A stretch of DNA of 64,000 nucleotides from Lepidodermella squamata. Lineage: Eukaryota; Animalia; Gastrotricha. Within the stretch, counting starts at the first letter, position 1. Each line of letters begins with the position of its first letter. A program made the translations under genes and the position numbers. The notes below the pieces were generated by a model. The model had not been told where the DNA came from and made no database searches. It saw only the letters and a list, made by a program, of their open reading frames with translations. The stretch is taken from assembly GCA_047495785.1 (NCBI GenBank), contig JBLDXI010000007.1:4464001-4528000 (forward strand), given 5' to 3'. Positions 1 to 12,800 of the stretch are shown piece after piece.

Positions 1-1272
1 GCCTTTTTTTTTATTCGAAAACTCGCCCTCTGCTATCCCTTAGAGTCCAGGCGCCGTAAGTTCTTGGCAATGAATGAATGATTGATGATGTGTTCAAACT
101 CATCTTGAAAGCATCCACCAAAATAGCCCTTCATCTAAGAGCTTTCGATGAAAAAGCGCGCGGAGGTTGTGCGTTGTAGCAGAAAAAGCTCTGTAAATAG
201 CATTCGAAATTGTAACGTGGTGCGTGGTCAATTTGGTTCAACTGCCCAGACAAATTTTCATAACAAGATCCTGGATCTCAATGTTCAATACGGATCAATG
301 AAGCGGCAGTGATCAGCATTTTCATTAAAGAGACATTTTGATTGGTTCAAGACTTGCAGAACGGACAAGGTGCGAAGTAGGATCAATGGAGCTGAGAGCT
401 GAGGTGGTTTCTACTTGTTTTCTAGGGCTAAGCTGAAGAAACCAAAGGGTCCCCCTGTGGTTTTTTTACCTATCCTCTGGTTGGATTCCCGGAGCTAGGG
501 CGTCGCGACACCCAAGCACCGCTGTACTTTGCACTCGAACGGAACTGTCTTTTTTTATGTTTTGATCGGTTTGAGCTTCGATTTCATGTCACCATTCTTA
601 GTTAAAGCTCCCTCGTTCGTGGCGCGAAAGAAACAGCACTTCAAGCAAAAAATATCCTATCATTAGCACTTCCGCGTCACGAACGCCTTGAAAATGCTCA
701 AGTTAAACATGAATCAAACTAAATCAACGCCGAGTAGTAGCTGATTTCCATCATAATCAAAAATTTCTTCGACTTCCACTGTATCCGAAAAACCACGTTT
801 TTTTAAATCGCAGAGTTTCTCATCTCTGAGAGCCATTGAGACCTTATGTACGCCTTCAAACTTGTCATGGACTGACTCATGCCTCAAAACTAGACATCGT
901 TACTGCTGTCAGCGAAACCCGCATTTCTTGGCAATAAAATTGAGTAAATTTAAGATTGGCAAGGATCAAGCTAATCTCTCACCTGGCTTCGTAACCTCGG
1001 CAGAACGTAAGGCTAAATTATCTCTTTGGTCTCAAGAAATACTCTGTAAACACCTAAATGACCATTGCTTATCAGCTGGCGAGACGGGTTCTTATCAAAA
1101 GCTAAAGCGAGTACGAAACGACGTCGTTGCAGAGACAGATTACAGCATTTATTAACAAAGAAACACCTATCAAAGTGCATTTCGCGATCGAAATTCATTA
1201 TTCACCTTTGTTAAGTACTTGAAGAGGCTTATATGATAAGTTTTGTCATTCAGCTCAATTAGACATATAAAC

Positions 1273-1941
1273 ATGGTTGAATTACCAACTGATCATTGCT
1301 TAAAATTCATCCTCATTGGCGACGCTCTCTCAGGTAAGACCAGCATTCTGCGACGGTACCTGCAGGGCGATTTCGCCGAAACAGCCGAACCAGTCAGCGT
1401 CGATTACGGCGTCAAGTCCATGAAATGGAGCGAGGAAAGACAAATCTCTCTGCAAGTGTGGAAAATTGCTGGTCAGGAGCGAATTCTCGGCATGTCACAC
1501 GTCTACTATCGAGAGGTGGCCGGGGCTCTTGTCGTTGCCGATATGACGAGGCTGAAACGATCTTTACAATCCGCTCTGAGATGGAAGCGAGACGTCGAGT
1601 CGAAAACTCGCAATTCCATACCAGCAGTTTTGCTGCTGAATAAGAGCGATAGGCGGTCTCAGATGGACATCAACGTCATACAGCGATTGGACGAGTTTTG
1701 CCGGTTTCACGGTTTTCTCGGTTGGTTTGCGACTTCAGCGAAACTCAACTTGGGCATCGACGACGCGATTCGGTTTTTGGTCCGCAAAGTCCTTGACACA
1801 AGTCAGACGGCTTGCGATTTGGATGCTGATGTCGGCTTCCAGCGGCTGCGTACAAATAGCTTCCTGAACAGTGAAAATGCAACTGATTCTCGTGTCCAGC
1901 AGGTTATAGAATTGAAGCAATTTATGGCTGTTGAATCTTAG
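1273..1941 (+). CDS. Divergent Rab32/Rab38/Rab29-like small GTPase (intronless as read)
   Basis: P-loop GDALSGKTS; W(K)IAGQER resembles the Rab32/38 signature WDIAGQER; YYREVAGA, LLNKSD (G4) and WFATSAK (G5). First ATG at 1273. Confidence 0.85.
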   Translation: MVELPTDHCLKFILIGDALSGKTSILRRYLQGDFAETAEPVSVDYGVKSMKWSEERQISLQVWKIAGQERILGMSHVYYREVAGALVVADMTRLKRSLQSALRWKRDVESKTRNSIPAVLLLNKSDRRSQMDINVIQRLDEFCRFHGFLGWFATSAKLNLGIDDAIRFLVRKVLDTSQTACDLDADVGFQRLRTNSFLNSENATDSRVQQVIELKQFMAVES

Positions 1942-2296
1942 TAAAATTGCCAGCAAAAACACTAAATAATAAATAATCATTCGCTGACGAAGTACTTTTC
2001 GGGAAATTATGACGAATTTGTGATTGATTGTTGCTAAACAGGGTTTACCCATCACAACGCATCGGAAAGATCGCAGAGTATTAAGATGTAGTCGGAATTT
2101 ATTCTCGAGATTTGAACTCCAATGACGACTCTACCTTTAGATAACGAGGCGTGTCTAAGCGATCATTGTGAGAAAAGGCAAGAAAAGGCAAGATCCATAA
2201 CCATAGAGGGGAAAGCACACAAAAAGTGTTAATTCGAATGAAAATAACTCTTTCTGTTGTTTTGGGAGGAAGTGGAGGGGTGATATTTGGCGTCTT

Positions 2297-3375
2297 TCAA
2301 AGATATCCGACAGGTTCCAATCCAACAAACTGCGAGTTGCTTGCCGGCGTTTCTGGAGCAGGGCACGAATCGCGCCAGAAGTCTTTGAAATCCTCAGCGA
2401 GGCCACACTCCTTGTCCGAGTTGCACCTGATTATTATGGGATTGATCTCAGATAAAAAAAAATGCATGCAGAGCTCACATGTCAGTGCAGCAAGTGCAGA
2501 GTTTCACGGATCCTTTCAGCGCGCCCTTTGTCGGGAGTTTCGCAATGTTTGAAGTGCCGATGCAGCCATAAATTGACGAGTCCCTTGCTATTTCATGGAT
2601 TAAATGAAATGATGCGACAAATTTTAGAAAGTTGTACTCACGGCCCAAATTCCTTAGGACCTCCTCGACGTTGACATCGCTGAAAGGGTCTGGCATAGTC
2701 GGAGTAGTGGTTTGCCCGGGTCTTGGGCTGCTTCTCGTCGTGGTCGAGCTGCCTCGGGAGGTCGTAGAAGATTGGCTCTTCTTCCCGTCATCGCAGGTCC
2801 AAACGTTGAATGAAACCCCTAAAACTCCGCTTGCCAACGAATCAGGCATGTCCGCCGGCGCCGGGCCGACGAAATAGGTTAGAGGTGCTGCCATGCGGAA
2901 GGTAAGTCTCTGCAAAATACACCGGATGTTTTCGCCGAATTAGACGTAAATGTCCTTACGATGCAAGTCTCGCAGTCGTTGATGAGCGTGGCATTACTAG
3001 GCAGCCTTGAGCTGGCTTCCAATTTGGCGGGAAGACCGGCCATCAAGTTAAACATGGCGCCCATCATGCCTCCTTGTTGGCTCATATCGGGCGCTGACGT
3101 GGCATTGTAGCATCGTATCGCTGCGAAAAATTAGGAGTGCTTTAACAAGTATGTAATGTCAAATCGAAGTAAATTGCATTTAGTTGCCCAGCTAGAAGGC
3201 AAATCGCAAAAATGTTGAATATCCTCGAAAGATTTCAGTATTGGGAGATGTCATGATTTGGAAATTTACAATTCGGGCATGACTTTTGAGCAAATAGGCA
3301 AATATGTAGAACTACTAGGAGCTTACCCGATGCGCTATGAAGAGCAATAGTTACAAAAACAACGGCTGTAATCAT
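2297..3375 (-). CDS. Secreted cysteine-rich Ly6/three-finger-like protein, paralogue 1 (spliced)
   Basis: Signal exon MITAVVFVTIALHSAS then GTAAGC donor; IRCYNATS...DCETC; WTC; S/T-rich linker; GC...LCTCCTD; last exon CNSDKECGLAEDFKDFWRDSC...GYL*. Same exon pattern as copies at 8.1, 14.4 and 53.8 kb. Confidence 0.75.
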
Positions 3376-5032
3376 TTTGAAGAAACTGAAATGCTTCAAC
3401 TTCAGGATTCTGAAAACAATGCAAGCGTGATGTTTCAAGTGCACACATATGCGCAAGATTACGGAGGTTAATCGGCAGCGAGGAAAACACTAATCGGCAA
3501 AAAATGCAGTAGCAAAATTTGGGGAAAGCTGGTGTCGAAGCAGCACGTAGCCATGTGCCCGTTATCCTTTCTTTTGTGAGCAATGCCCTACTCCATATTC
3601 CAAAGCAGGTAACAGAAGATTTGTTCTTCTGTTCTCCATGGAATACTCACAAATGAGAGCATAAAAGTCGCACTTGACAGCACATGCGATGCTTTCATTA
3701 TTTTGTAATATATCGTTCCTATCTCGGGATCATGAAATTGTTATAAAACGATTGCAAAATGACCGAAGACTGAATAGTTGACCAAATGATTACATGAATG
3801 AGTTTTATTCAACGGCTGAAAAGCATGATGCTTTGATGCTGATGAACATTGAGCCGTTTAAGGACGGCTGCTGACGCAGTTGCCTGAGTGATTTCCATAG
3901 AGGGAAACAATCTACTCGCTACAGCTGTGATGCTGAAATTGGCTGATACTAAAAAATGGCTCAAAATGGGCTCTTTTTGAAGGTAGGTCACACCTATATC
4001 CAAGCTTGCTAAATCCAAAAAATTGACATAGGACCGCTTTTAAACGTTCTCCGTTATAGGTCAACCCCAACAGCATCGATATAAACGGAAAACAACTCTT
4101 AGATCGCAATCTTTTGTGGTTCGTGAATGAAAAATGAAGTTTTACCCAATACGAAAACATTATGGCGCATAGTGTATACAGTGCGTTTCAAAATTATATG
4201 ACCAACACGTCCATGTTTGCGCACACTAGCACACAAACATACCTGTTTTATTGCTACCCCATAAAAATGGCATGATTGCAGTCTCTTAACTTTGTTTAGT
4301 GAGGGGCTCATTAGCGTTTTTTCTCCCTCATTAAGAAACGAATGAAAATAAGCCGCTTAATACGCCATGATTAAATTTGCCTAAATTGAATTTTCGTTTC
4401 GAATTGCCGCATGATGCGAAAATAGTCTCGAAATTATACAAAATAATCGCACAAATGTTGGAACCAAAAGTGAGCTCCTCCGAATTTTTTCAAGTCGGCG
4501 TGAAGGCAGGTCAAGGAATCAAATGCTTATCAGGCTTGCGTGATCGCGCTATGAATCGGCAACACAAGTTAATTACATAGCTTAATTTTACCCGCTATCT
4601 CTGAATTTTACGGAATCATTGTCGGAAACAGCTCTATTCAAAACAAATTTCAAGAAAATTCTCGCGATTTGCCGTAAATGCAATAGGGCGTATTTGTGAC
4701 CTGTTTAGCGTGATAGCAATAATAAAAGTTTCGTGAACATGGTGAATATGCAGCACACAAGAAAAAAATCTCGCCAAACAAGGAAGTACTGGTCATATAA
4801 TTCTGAAACGCACTGTATTACGGGGACATTAATCTGTCCCATAGCCTACTTCCAAGCTAGCCATCCCACATTGCTTTCGTGTCAATTTAACGATAAATGA
4901 TGTTCTAGACTAATGAACATCTTATGATCGATAGCAAATGCTCAATTCCGCTGAGTAGCTTGTCGATGAATCGCCATTGCGCGGTTTCCCAGCTCTGTAT
5001 TATCACAAAATGTTTCCGCGAAATTTCTTCAT

Positions 5033-7913
5033 AATGATGTTTTCACGCTCTGTTCTCGCTTCTGTTATAAGCTGGGAAGAGTTCAATGCGACCAATGCCA
5101 CCACGTCTAGGTTCGGTTTCAGCAGGTATATAACAGAGAGCAAGCTGGATCAAGGAACGAGGCAGCTGAAAATCCTGTCTTTTGTGACGTTTTCTGCGAA
5201 GTACGAACACCTGAGCTCGGGGCCCATTGGTGCATTAGCTCAAATCTCAGCAATTGATCGGCTAAGGCTAATGTCCAACTATTTGCCCAGTTATCAGTTA
5301 GCATTCGAGATGATCGATGATCAAGTAAGTTTGCTCTTGTAAAATTCTTCCCATTGAAACACAAAAATTGCTGACTTGGCAGTGTTCCAGCGAAAGGGTG
5401 GTTGCGAAACTTACAGATACGATACGAAATATGGAAATAAACTCAAGCAGTCTACCAATAGCTCTCTTGCCAGAGTGTTGCGATATGGCACATAGACTAG
5501 CCTCCCAAATTCTACGCGCGAACAACTATGCAACAGTAAGAAACTTCAAATCCTCCTATGTTATTTGGAAATGACTCAATCTCAATCGCTTCTCTCTTCA
5601 GATATCTGACTTGAGCAATCACAACAAACATCGCGATGCCGAAGCTCTTGTAGATTTTCTGATATATTTTAACTGGAGAAAAGCAGCAGTCATAACAGAT
5701 CTCGGAACGGTTAGTTCGCAGTGAAAGTTTCGAATCTCTTTTGTCACCACTGATTCGCCCCTTTTAAGGATTCCGAATTCGAAGATGCTTTACTGCGCAA
5801 TGACTTCCATGTTTTTGCAGCAAAAATTCCTTGGATTGATTTGGTATCAACTCGTCAAATTTTCGAAGACGTCAAACAAGCACAGCCCTTCATTGTTATT
5901 CTGGATACATTCAACGCACCGCGATTAGCTTGCTGGCTCCACGAATTCGGCCTATTCGGAGCGAATTATGCGATTTTTTTGAATATACGCAATTCGTTCA
6001 CAGAGGCTACTACTAAAAATCCAGACTGCAGTCATGAAATGCTGATCGAAGTTCTTAGAAGCGTGATTGTTTACGGGGAGAATACATGGGAGAATTCTCC
6101 AGCAAAAGGCAGTAGATTTGACTCCACCGGCTACACTTCGAAGGAGCTAAACAGCAGCCTTGCTAACCAAATCAGTGGTTTCAGAGACATTGAAAGCCAC
6201 TGGTACTCGCCCTACACCTACTACGACAGGGCTCTATACCTAGGGTTGATTCTCAACGAAACTGAGAATTTACTGAATCAATGGAATCAAACACTATCTG
6301 ATTGGGTGGTGGAATCCTGGAAGTTCAAGAAAAACCCGACACAATTCAAGTACTCGGTCCAACTCGCATCTTCGAGGGTAAAATTCAGAGGATTAAAAGG
6401 TGAGACCGAGTTCAACGAAAGTTCCAATAAAACTGAGATCACACAGCCCTTAATCTTCTACCAAACAATTTTGAACGGGAGTACTTTGGCAAGGCTTCCT
6501 ATTGCAAGTAAATCATTCGAGCATCTCACCATGCTGAATCCCCCAATCTGGCGGACTGGCGACGGGAATCCTCCCTCGGATTCTTGGACTACTATTGAAA
6601 TGAAGCAGCCTCCGCTGTCCACAGCAGTTAACGTTGCTCTGAAAAGCACGGCTGCCATCACATTGGCCTGTATTCTCGGGGCTGGATTGGTCTCGTACTG
6701 CAGCCCTAGGTTGTTTGGAAATGGGAGAAGCCGGCTCAATTCTTTTGACATCTTCATTGCCGTTGGAAGCGCAACAATGACGTGCTCTATCGCTATAACT
6801 CCATCAACTACTGCCTCGAGCCTTCCCATCATTTGTTCGTTCATGGTTCTAACCCTATTCCTCGGCTTTTCAATGTCTTTATACTCTTTGGTTTTGAAGA
6901 TAGATAGAAGTTATAACTTCATCCTAAGCCACACTCCTTCGACGAGAAGTTTCAGGAAAAGGATATCTAGAAAATCTCAGGTTAGAATCGCTCTACCTCC
7001 ACCTGAACAAATTCCCAGTCTCGAGTCGAATCAGAGATCCGGTCGAACGCCTTCAACGTTGAATCAATCAACTCAAGAATCTAGGGAGTCCTCGGTGCAA
7101 GCTCCGCAAATTCAAAACGGACTGGAGAAATCGGAGGGAAAACAAGTACCCATGTACGAATTGAGCTCTCTCAATTCCGAAGGCTCATCGGTCCGCCTCA
7201 GCATCCTAAAAGAGAATCCTCAGATATCCAACACCCCAAGCGATTCGAAAGGACCTTCCCGGGCCACCCTGAGGCAAATAGCTGAGACGAATCCGCTGAA
7301 GAAGGCAAAATATCAAATCATGCTCTGGACCGCCTTTCAAGCCCTGTTGGCCATAGCTATCCTCAGCCTGTCTCCAATTGAAGAGGATAAGGCGCTGCTT
7401 GGCCAACTCGCCGTTGGATCAAGAACTGGAGTCATCCAGCAATTCGTGCGAATGCAGTGTTCAGTTTTCAGATCTTCATTCTTCGGCTCGCAAGTCACTT
7501 CTTTCCTCAGTTCTTGCGTGTTATGCCTACACATTTGCCTGATCTTGAAAGGGCTCTACTACACCATTCTTGCTTTACCGGTAAACTCATTTAAAATTTA
7601 ATTTCGTTGCGGTCAATCTTTAATTCTTTTGCTCAGGGTTCGACAACTCGTAATTTGGCAAGCCAGTTGAAGCGTGTGAAACAGGCGTGCCTCGCTATAA
7701 TTGGCGAGATTGCTGTGTTTATAGCTGGCCTGCTTTTCCTCAAGCCAAATATCAACGATCCACACTTAACTCTAATAACGGCTTCCGTAGTCGCCATCGC
7801 AATCGTCTGGATAAAGCTAGGTCTCGTGCTTCTCCCAAAAGTGTGTTTAATCATCATTAAAGTAATCATCAAATTAAAACATATTCAATCTACTCTGCTT
7901 TCAGATGATTTGA
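5033..7913 (+). CDS. Class C GPCR, GABA-B-receptor-like (ANF/Venus-flytrap ectodomain plus 7TM), spliced; ends approximate
   Basis: Exons read LKILSF...YLPSYQLAFEMIDDQ|CSSERVV (ANF domain start), VDFLIYFNWRKAAVIT, VKFRGLKGETEF, WRTGDGNPPSD, then hydrophobic helices (SRLNSFDIFIAVGSATMTC, ...KLGLVLLPK). GT-AG introns link ORFs 4977, 5368, 5841 and 7607. Confidence 0.7.
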
Positions 7914-8091
7914 TGGCTAGCGATGTGTGGATTCGGTTTAATCTAAGGTAAAAGCCGGCACCTCGCCCACTGATGCAGCAGCGTAATTTTCGAGAGAATA
8001 AAATGAAAAAGTCTTTTAGAGATGAGTCCGTAGCTTGTCTTAGTTGTCAGTGTTAGGCTGCGAACGATTGAGTAGACCATCTACGACTGAC

Positions 8092-8975
8092 CTACTCGCG
8101 GCAAGAATCACGCCAGAAATCTTGGAAATCGTTGGCGAGGCCACATTCCTTATCCGAGTTGCACCTATAGAATAACAAATGTAACTAACAGGATAATGCG
8201 AACAGCAGGATAACCGCTAACCTATCTGTGCAGCATGTGCAGATTTTTACAGACCCTTTGACTGTACTTTTCAATGGGAGCTTGGCGATGTTCGAAGTGC
8301 CGATGCAGCCGTAGCTCGAAGAATTTGATGCTATACGTGGAATAGAAAGCATCGAATGTCGATGGACGAAAGGGAAAAGTGTTTTGCGAGTTTATGTTAT
8401 TTATTTGTTGCTGTCTTACGGCCAATATTCTGGAGGATCTCCTCGAGGTTGATATCGGCAAAAGGATTCGGCACGCCAGCAGGAGTTGTGGTCTGCAAAG
8501 GCTTCGGGGTGACAGCTGGATTGTATTCTTTCCCATCATCGCAGGTCCAAATATAGACTGACACGACCAAGTTGCTATTGGCGATGAAATCTGGCACAGA
8601 GCTAGCTAGCGGGCCGACAAAGAAAGACACAGGTGCTGCCATGCGGAACGTGCTTCGCTGAAATAGGTTAAGGATGAGTGATTTCTATATCAATTCTGCC
8701 TATCGCTGTCTTACAATGCAGCTTTTGCAGTCACTGATTAAGGTCGCGTTGATGGGCAGTGTCGAGTTGGCGTCGAACTTCGCAGGCGTACCGGCAATCA
8801 TCATGAAAATGGCATTTGTCATGACTGATTGGCTCATGTCGGGCATGGACGTGGCGTTGTAACATTGAATTGCTTCAGAATATAGAAAATGAGTGGTCTT
8901 GAAGTTGATTTTCAGCCGTAGCTAACCTGAAACGCCCTGCACAGCGATAGCTGCCAGCAGTAGACTAGTGATCAT
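8092..8975 (-). CDS. Secreted cysteine-rich Ly6/three-finger-like protein, paralogue 2 (spliced)
   Basis: MITSLLLAAIAVQGVS|AIQCYNATSMPD...DCKSC; MAAPVSFFVGP...WTCDDG; GCIGTS...ICTCCTD; CNSDKECGLANDFQDFWRDSCRE*. Confidence 0.75.
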
Positions 8976-9839
8976 TGTAGCGAAAGGTAGGTGAAAGATT
9001 CAGAACAAGGAGCAAATGCGAAACTGGGTGAAATGTTCTCAGTTCTGTTAATTTATACGCGTAATAATTGAGATTACGTGATGCAATCGCTAGAGGAGGC
9101 ATCTTAATCCATGGATGAATCTATGCCATCTAATAAGCTTAGGTTCGCGTAAATGCGATTATACTTGAAAATTGTCTGGAAGCATTGTTCGAGAGAATAG
9201 CTAGCAGAACAAGCCTCGTAAACGGGGCGTTATCAGTCATCTTTTTTGCAATTATCCTCATTTTTTCACTGAAGGAATGATGTTTAACCTGTAGTTCGAC
9301 CTAATTCTTGACTATGAAAAAGGGGCTAAATTACGTCATCGTAACGTCGTGCAACATCCCAGCGCTTATTTTATTTCGGTCATTTTTCTTGAAATTATAA
9401 AGCTTTTATATCCAGGACGTGTAAGTAACAATTATGCAAGTTTTTCACCTTTCAATGAGTGTTGAACGCATGAAATAATTTGGCAATTAGAAACATTCGG
9501 TAAAACTGAGAAAAGCAAAGCTGTCTGCTGGTTCTGCAGGTAAATCCGAACTCTCACAATGTAGAGACAATTTGGCAAATTTTACAAGAAATGTGACCGA
9601 GAAATAGACAACAAGACTCATCGTCCATCGTCCTTTCGCCATTGGACATAATATGGGTAACAACTATTTAGTCAGATTTCGACTGATTCGTCAACTGTTT
9701 CGCGCATTTTGATGCTTTTGCAGTGTTCGGCAATTTAATTATTTATTATATAAAGTCTCTTCAACGTGGAAAGCTGCTCTCTATCATGTTTGTTTACGTA
9801 TTACTAGCCATTCCTCAAATCTCAAAGAATCCGAATGTA

Positions 9840-12800
9840 CAGGGTGTTTCAGAACTTGCGCATCAGAATAACCTGCGGCAAATGGTTGCCTTGGTATCCA
9901 GAGTAAACGTGCGCGCGCTGTGCATACATTCCGCGCACATATGTTTATATTCTTGCACAGCATATTATAAAGCGCGGCTAGCGCAAACGGTTATGCGTGT
10001 AATGCGCACATGCTATGTAGTTGGCGTTATACGCCGAAACGGCGTACAAGCGGCATGAGCGCAGTATAAAATGCGCAAATCGAACTTGTATATACCGTAA
10101 CGCTGCTGCAGTAATGGGGATACCGCTAAGAAATAAGACTTGCTCTTGCAAAATATCTGGAAATTTGCCGATTTCCCAATGAAGAATTCTCCAATAGGAC
10201 AGATCCTTAATGCGGCTATGAATACATTTCGAGTTTTAAATACAAATATAATAAAATTTATTCCAGATGATGTGATTTTTACGTCGTTGCTGTTGTTTCA
10301 TTCCATGAATTTGATTTCACGTTCAATCACTCTTGAAAAAGCAGTAAAAATTGAGAAGAACTGAAAAAGGTAAAATGTTGCAACACTCTGATTGAGTTTA
10401 AAAATTTCTGTGAGCTAAAATTTGTGAGCAAAAACTTGGTCGCTTCCAAAGGAAAACGTCGTTTCCTTTTGCATAAGAATAAACGAAAAAACATTGACGT
10501 TACCTTAAACAGCCTCTCTACGACGAATTTTGCGACATTTGACGTGCGATTCCATGCAAAACCCGTGGGTAGACTTTTTGCGCGACCAACCAGCCAGGTA
10601 GAACAGCTCTTGGGCTTTCTAGCGATATCAAGAAATCGAAAATTCATCCACGGGTTCTCGAACGGGAGGGAGGTAAGGATGACCCGTTTGCGGCTCAAAA
10701 CGGCCCAACTACGACGATTTTTGTGACATTTGATCTGCGTCTCCTTGCGAATCCTGTGGATAGATTTTCGGCGCGACCCGCCAGCCTTGTAGACCTGCTC
10801 TTCAGCTATCTAACGATGTCAAGAAATCAAAAATTCATCCACGGGTTCTCGAACGGGAGGGAGGTAAGGATGACCAGTTTGCGGCTCAAAACGGCCCAAC
10901 TACGACGATTTTTGTAACATTTGACCCGCGTCTCCTTGCGAATCCTGTGGATAGACTTTTTGCGCGACCCGCCAGCCTTGTAGACCAGGTCTTCAGCTAT
11001 CTAACGATGTCAAGAAATCAAAAATTCATCCGCGGGTTCTCGAACGGGAGGGAGGTAAGGATGACCCGTTTGCGGCTCAAAACGGCCCAACTACGACGAT
11101 TTTTGTGACATTTGATCTGCGTCTCCTTGCGAATCCTGTGGATAGATTTTCAGCGCGACCCGCCAGCCTTGTAGACCTGCTCTTCAGCTATCTAACGATG
11201 TCAAGAAATCAAAAATTCATCCACGGGTTCTCGAACGGGAGGGAGGTAAGGATGACCCGTTTGCGGCTCAAATCGGCCCAACTAGGACGAATTTTGCGAC
11301 ATTTGACATGCGATTCCATGCAAAACCCGTGGGTAGACTTTTTGCGCGACCCGCCAGCCTTGTAGACCTGCTCTTCAGCTATCTAACGATGTCAAGAAAT
11401 CAAAAATTCATCCACGGGTTCTCGAACGGGAGGGAGGTAAGGATGACCAGTTTGCGGCTCAAAACGGCCCAACTACGACGATTTTTGTAACATTTGACCC
11501 GCGACTCCTTGCGAATCCTGTGGATAGACTTTTTGCGCGACCCGCCAGCCTTGTAGACCAGGTCTTCAGCTACCTACGATGTCAAGAAATCAAAAATTCA
11601 TCCGCGGGTTCTCGAACGGGAGGGAGGTAAGGATGACCCGTTTGCGGCTCAAATCGGCCCAACTAGGACGAATTTTGCGACATTTGACATGCGATTCCAT
11701 GCAAAACCCGTGGGTAGACTTTTTGCGCGACCCGCCAGCCTTGTAGACCTGCTCTTCAGCTATCTAACGATGTCAAGAAATCAAAAATTCATCCGCGGGT
11801 TCTCGAACGGGAGGGAGGTAAGGATGACCCGTTTGCGGCTCAAAACGGCCCAACTACGACGATTTTTGTGACATTTGACCCGCGTCTCCTTGCGAATCCT
11901 GTGGATAGACTTTTTGCGCGACCCGCCAGCCTTGTAGACCAGGTCTTCAGCTATCTAACGATGTCAAGAAATCAAAAATTCATCCGCGGGTTCTCGAACG
12001 GGAGGGAGGTAAGGATGACCCGTTTGCGGCTCAAATCGGCCCAACTAGGACGAATTTTGCGACATTTGACATGCGATTCCATGCAAAACCCGTGGGTAGA
12101 CTTTTTGCGCGACCCGCCAGCCTTGTAGACCTGCTCTTCAGCTATCTAACGATGTCAAGAAATCAAAAATTCATCCGCGGGTTCTCGAACGGGAGGGAGG
12201 TAAGGATGACCCGTTTGCGGCTCAAAACGGCCCAACTACGACGATTTTTGTGACATTTGACCCGCGTCTCCTTGCGAATCCTGTGGATAGACTTTTTGCG
12301 CGACCCGCCAGCCTTGTAGACCAGGTCTTCAGCTATCTAACGATGTCAAGAAATCAAAAATTCATCCACGGGTTCTCGAACTGGAGGGAGGTAAGGATGA
12401 CCCGTTTGCGGCTCAAAACGGCCCAACTACGACGATTTTTATGACATTTGACATGCGATTCCTTGCGAACCATGTGGATAGACTTTTGGCGCGACCAACC
12501 AGCCTTGTAGACCGGGTGCTTAGCTATCTAGCGATACCAAGAAATCGAAATTCCATCCACGGGTTCTTGAATGGGAGGGTCGCAAAGATGACCCGTTTGC
12601 GGCCGAAAACGGCCCAACTAGGACGAATTTTGCGACATTTGACATGCGATTCCATGCAAAACCCGTGGGTAGACTTTTTGCGCGACCCGCCAGCCTTGTA
12701 GACCAGGTCTTCAGCTATCTAACGATGTCAAGAAATCAAAAATTCATCCGCGGGTTCTCGAACGGGAGGGAGGTAAGGATGACCAGTTTGCGGCTCAAAA

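Noticed and set aside
421-470. Motif shared in inverted form with 30025-30072 (GGTAAAACCACAGGGGG.CCCTTTG)
   Set aside because: Probably fragments of a small dispersed repeat; no element boundaries could be defined.
3181-3260. Signal-peptide-like frame IFAICLLAGQLNA
   Set aside because: It has no ATG or good donor; the better first exon is at 3375-3327.
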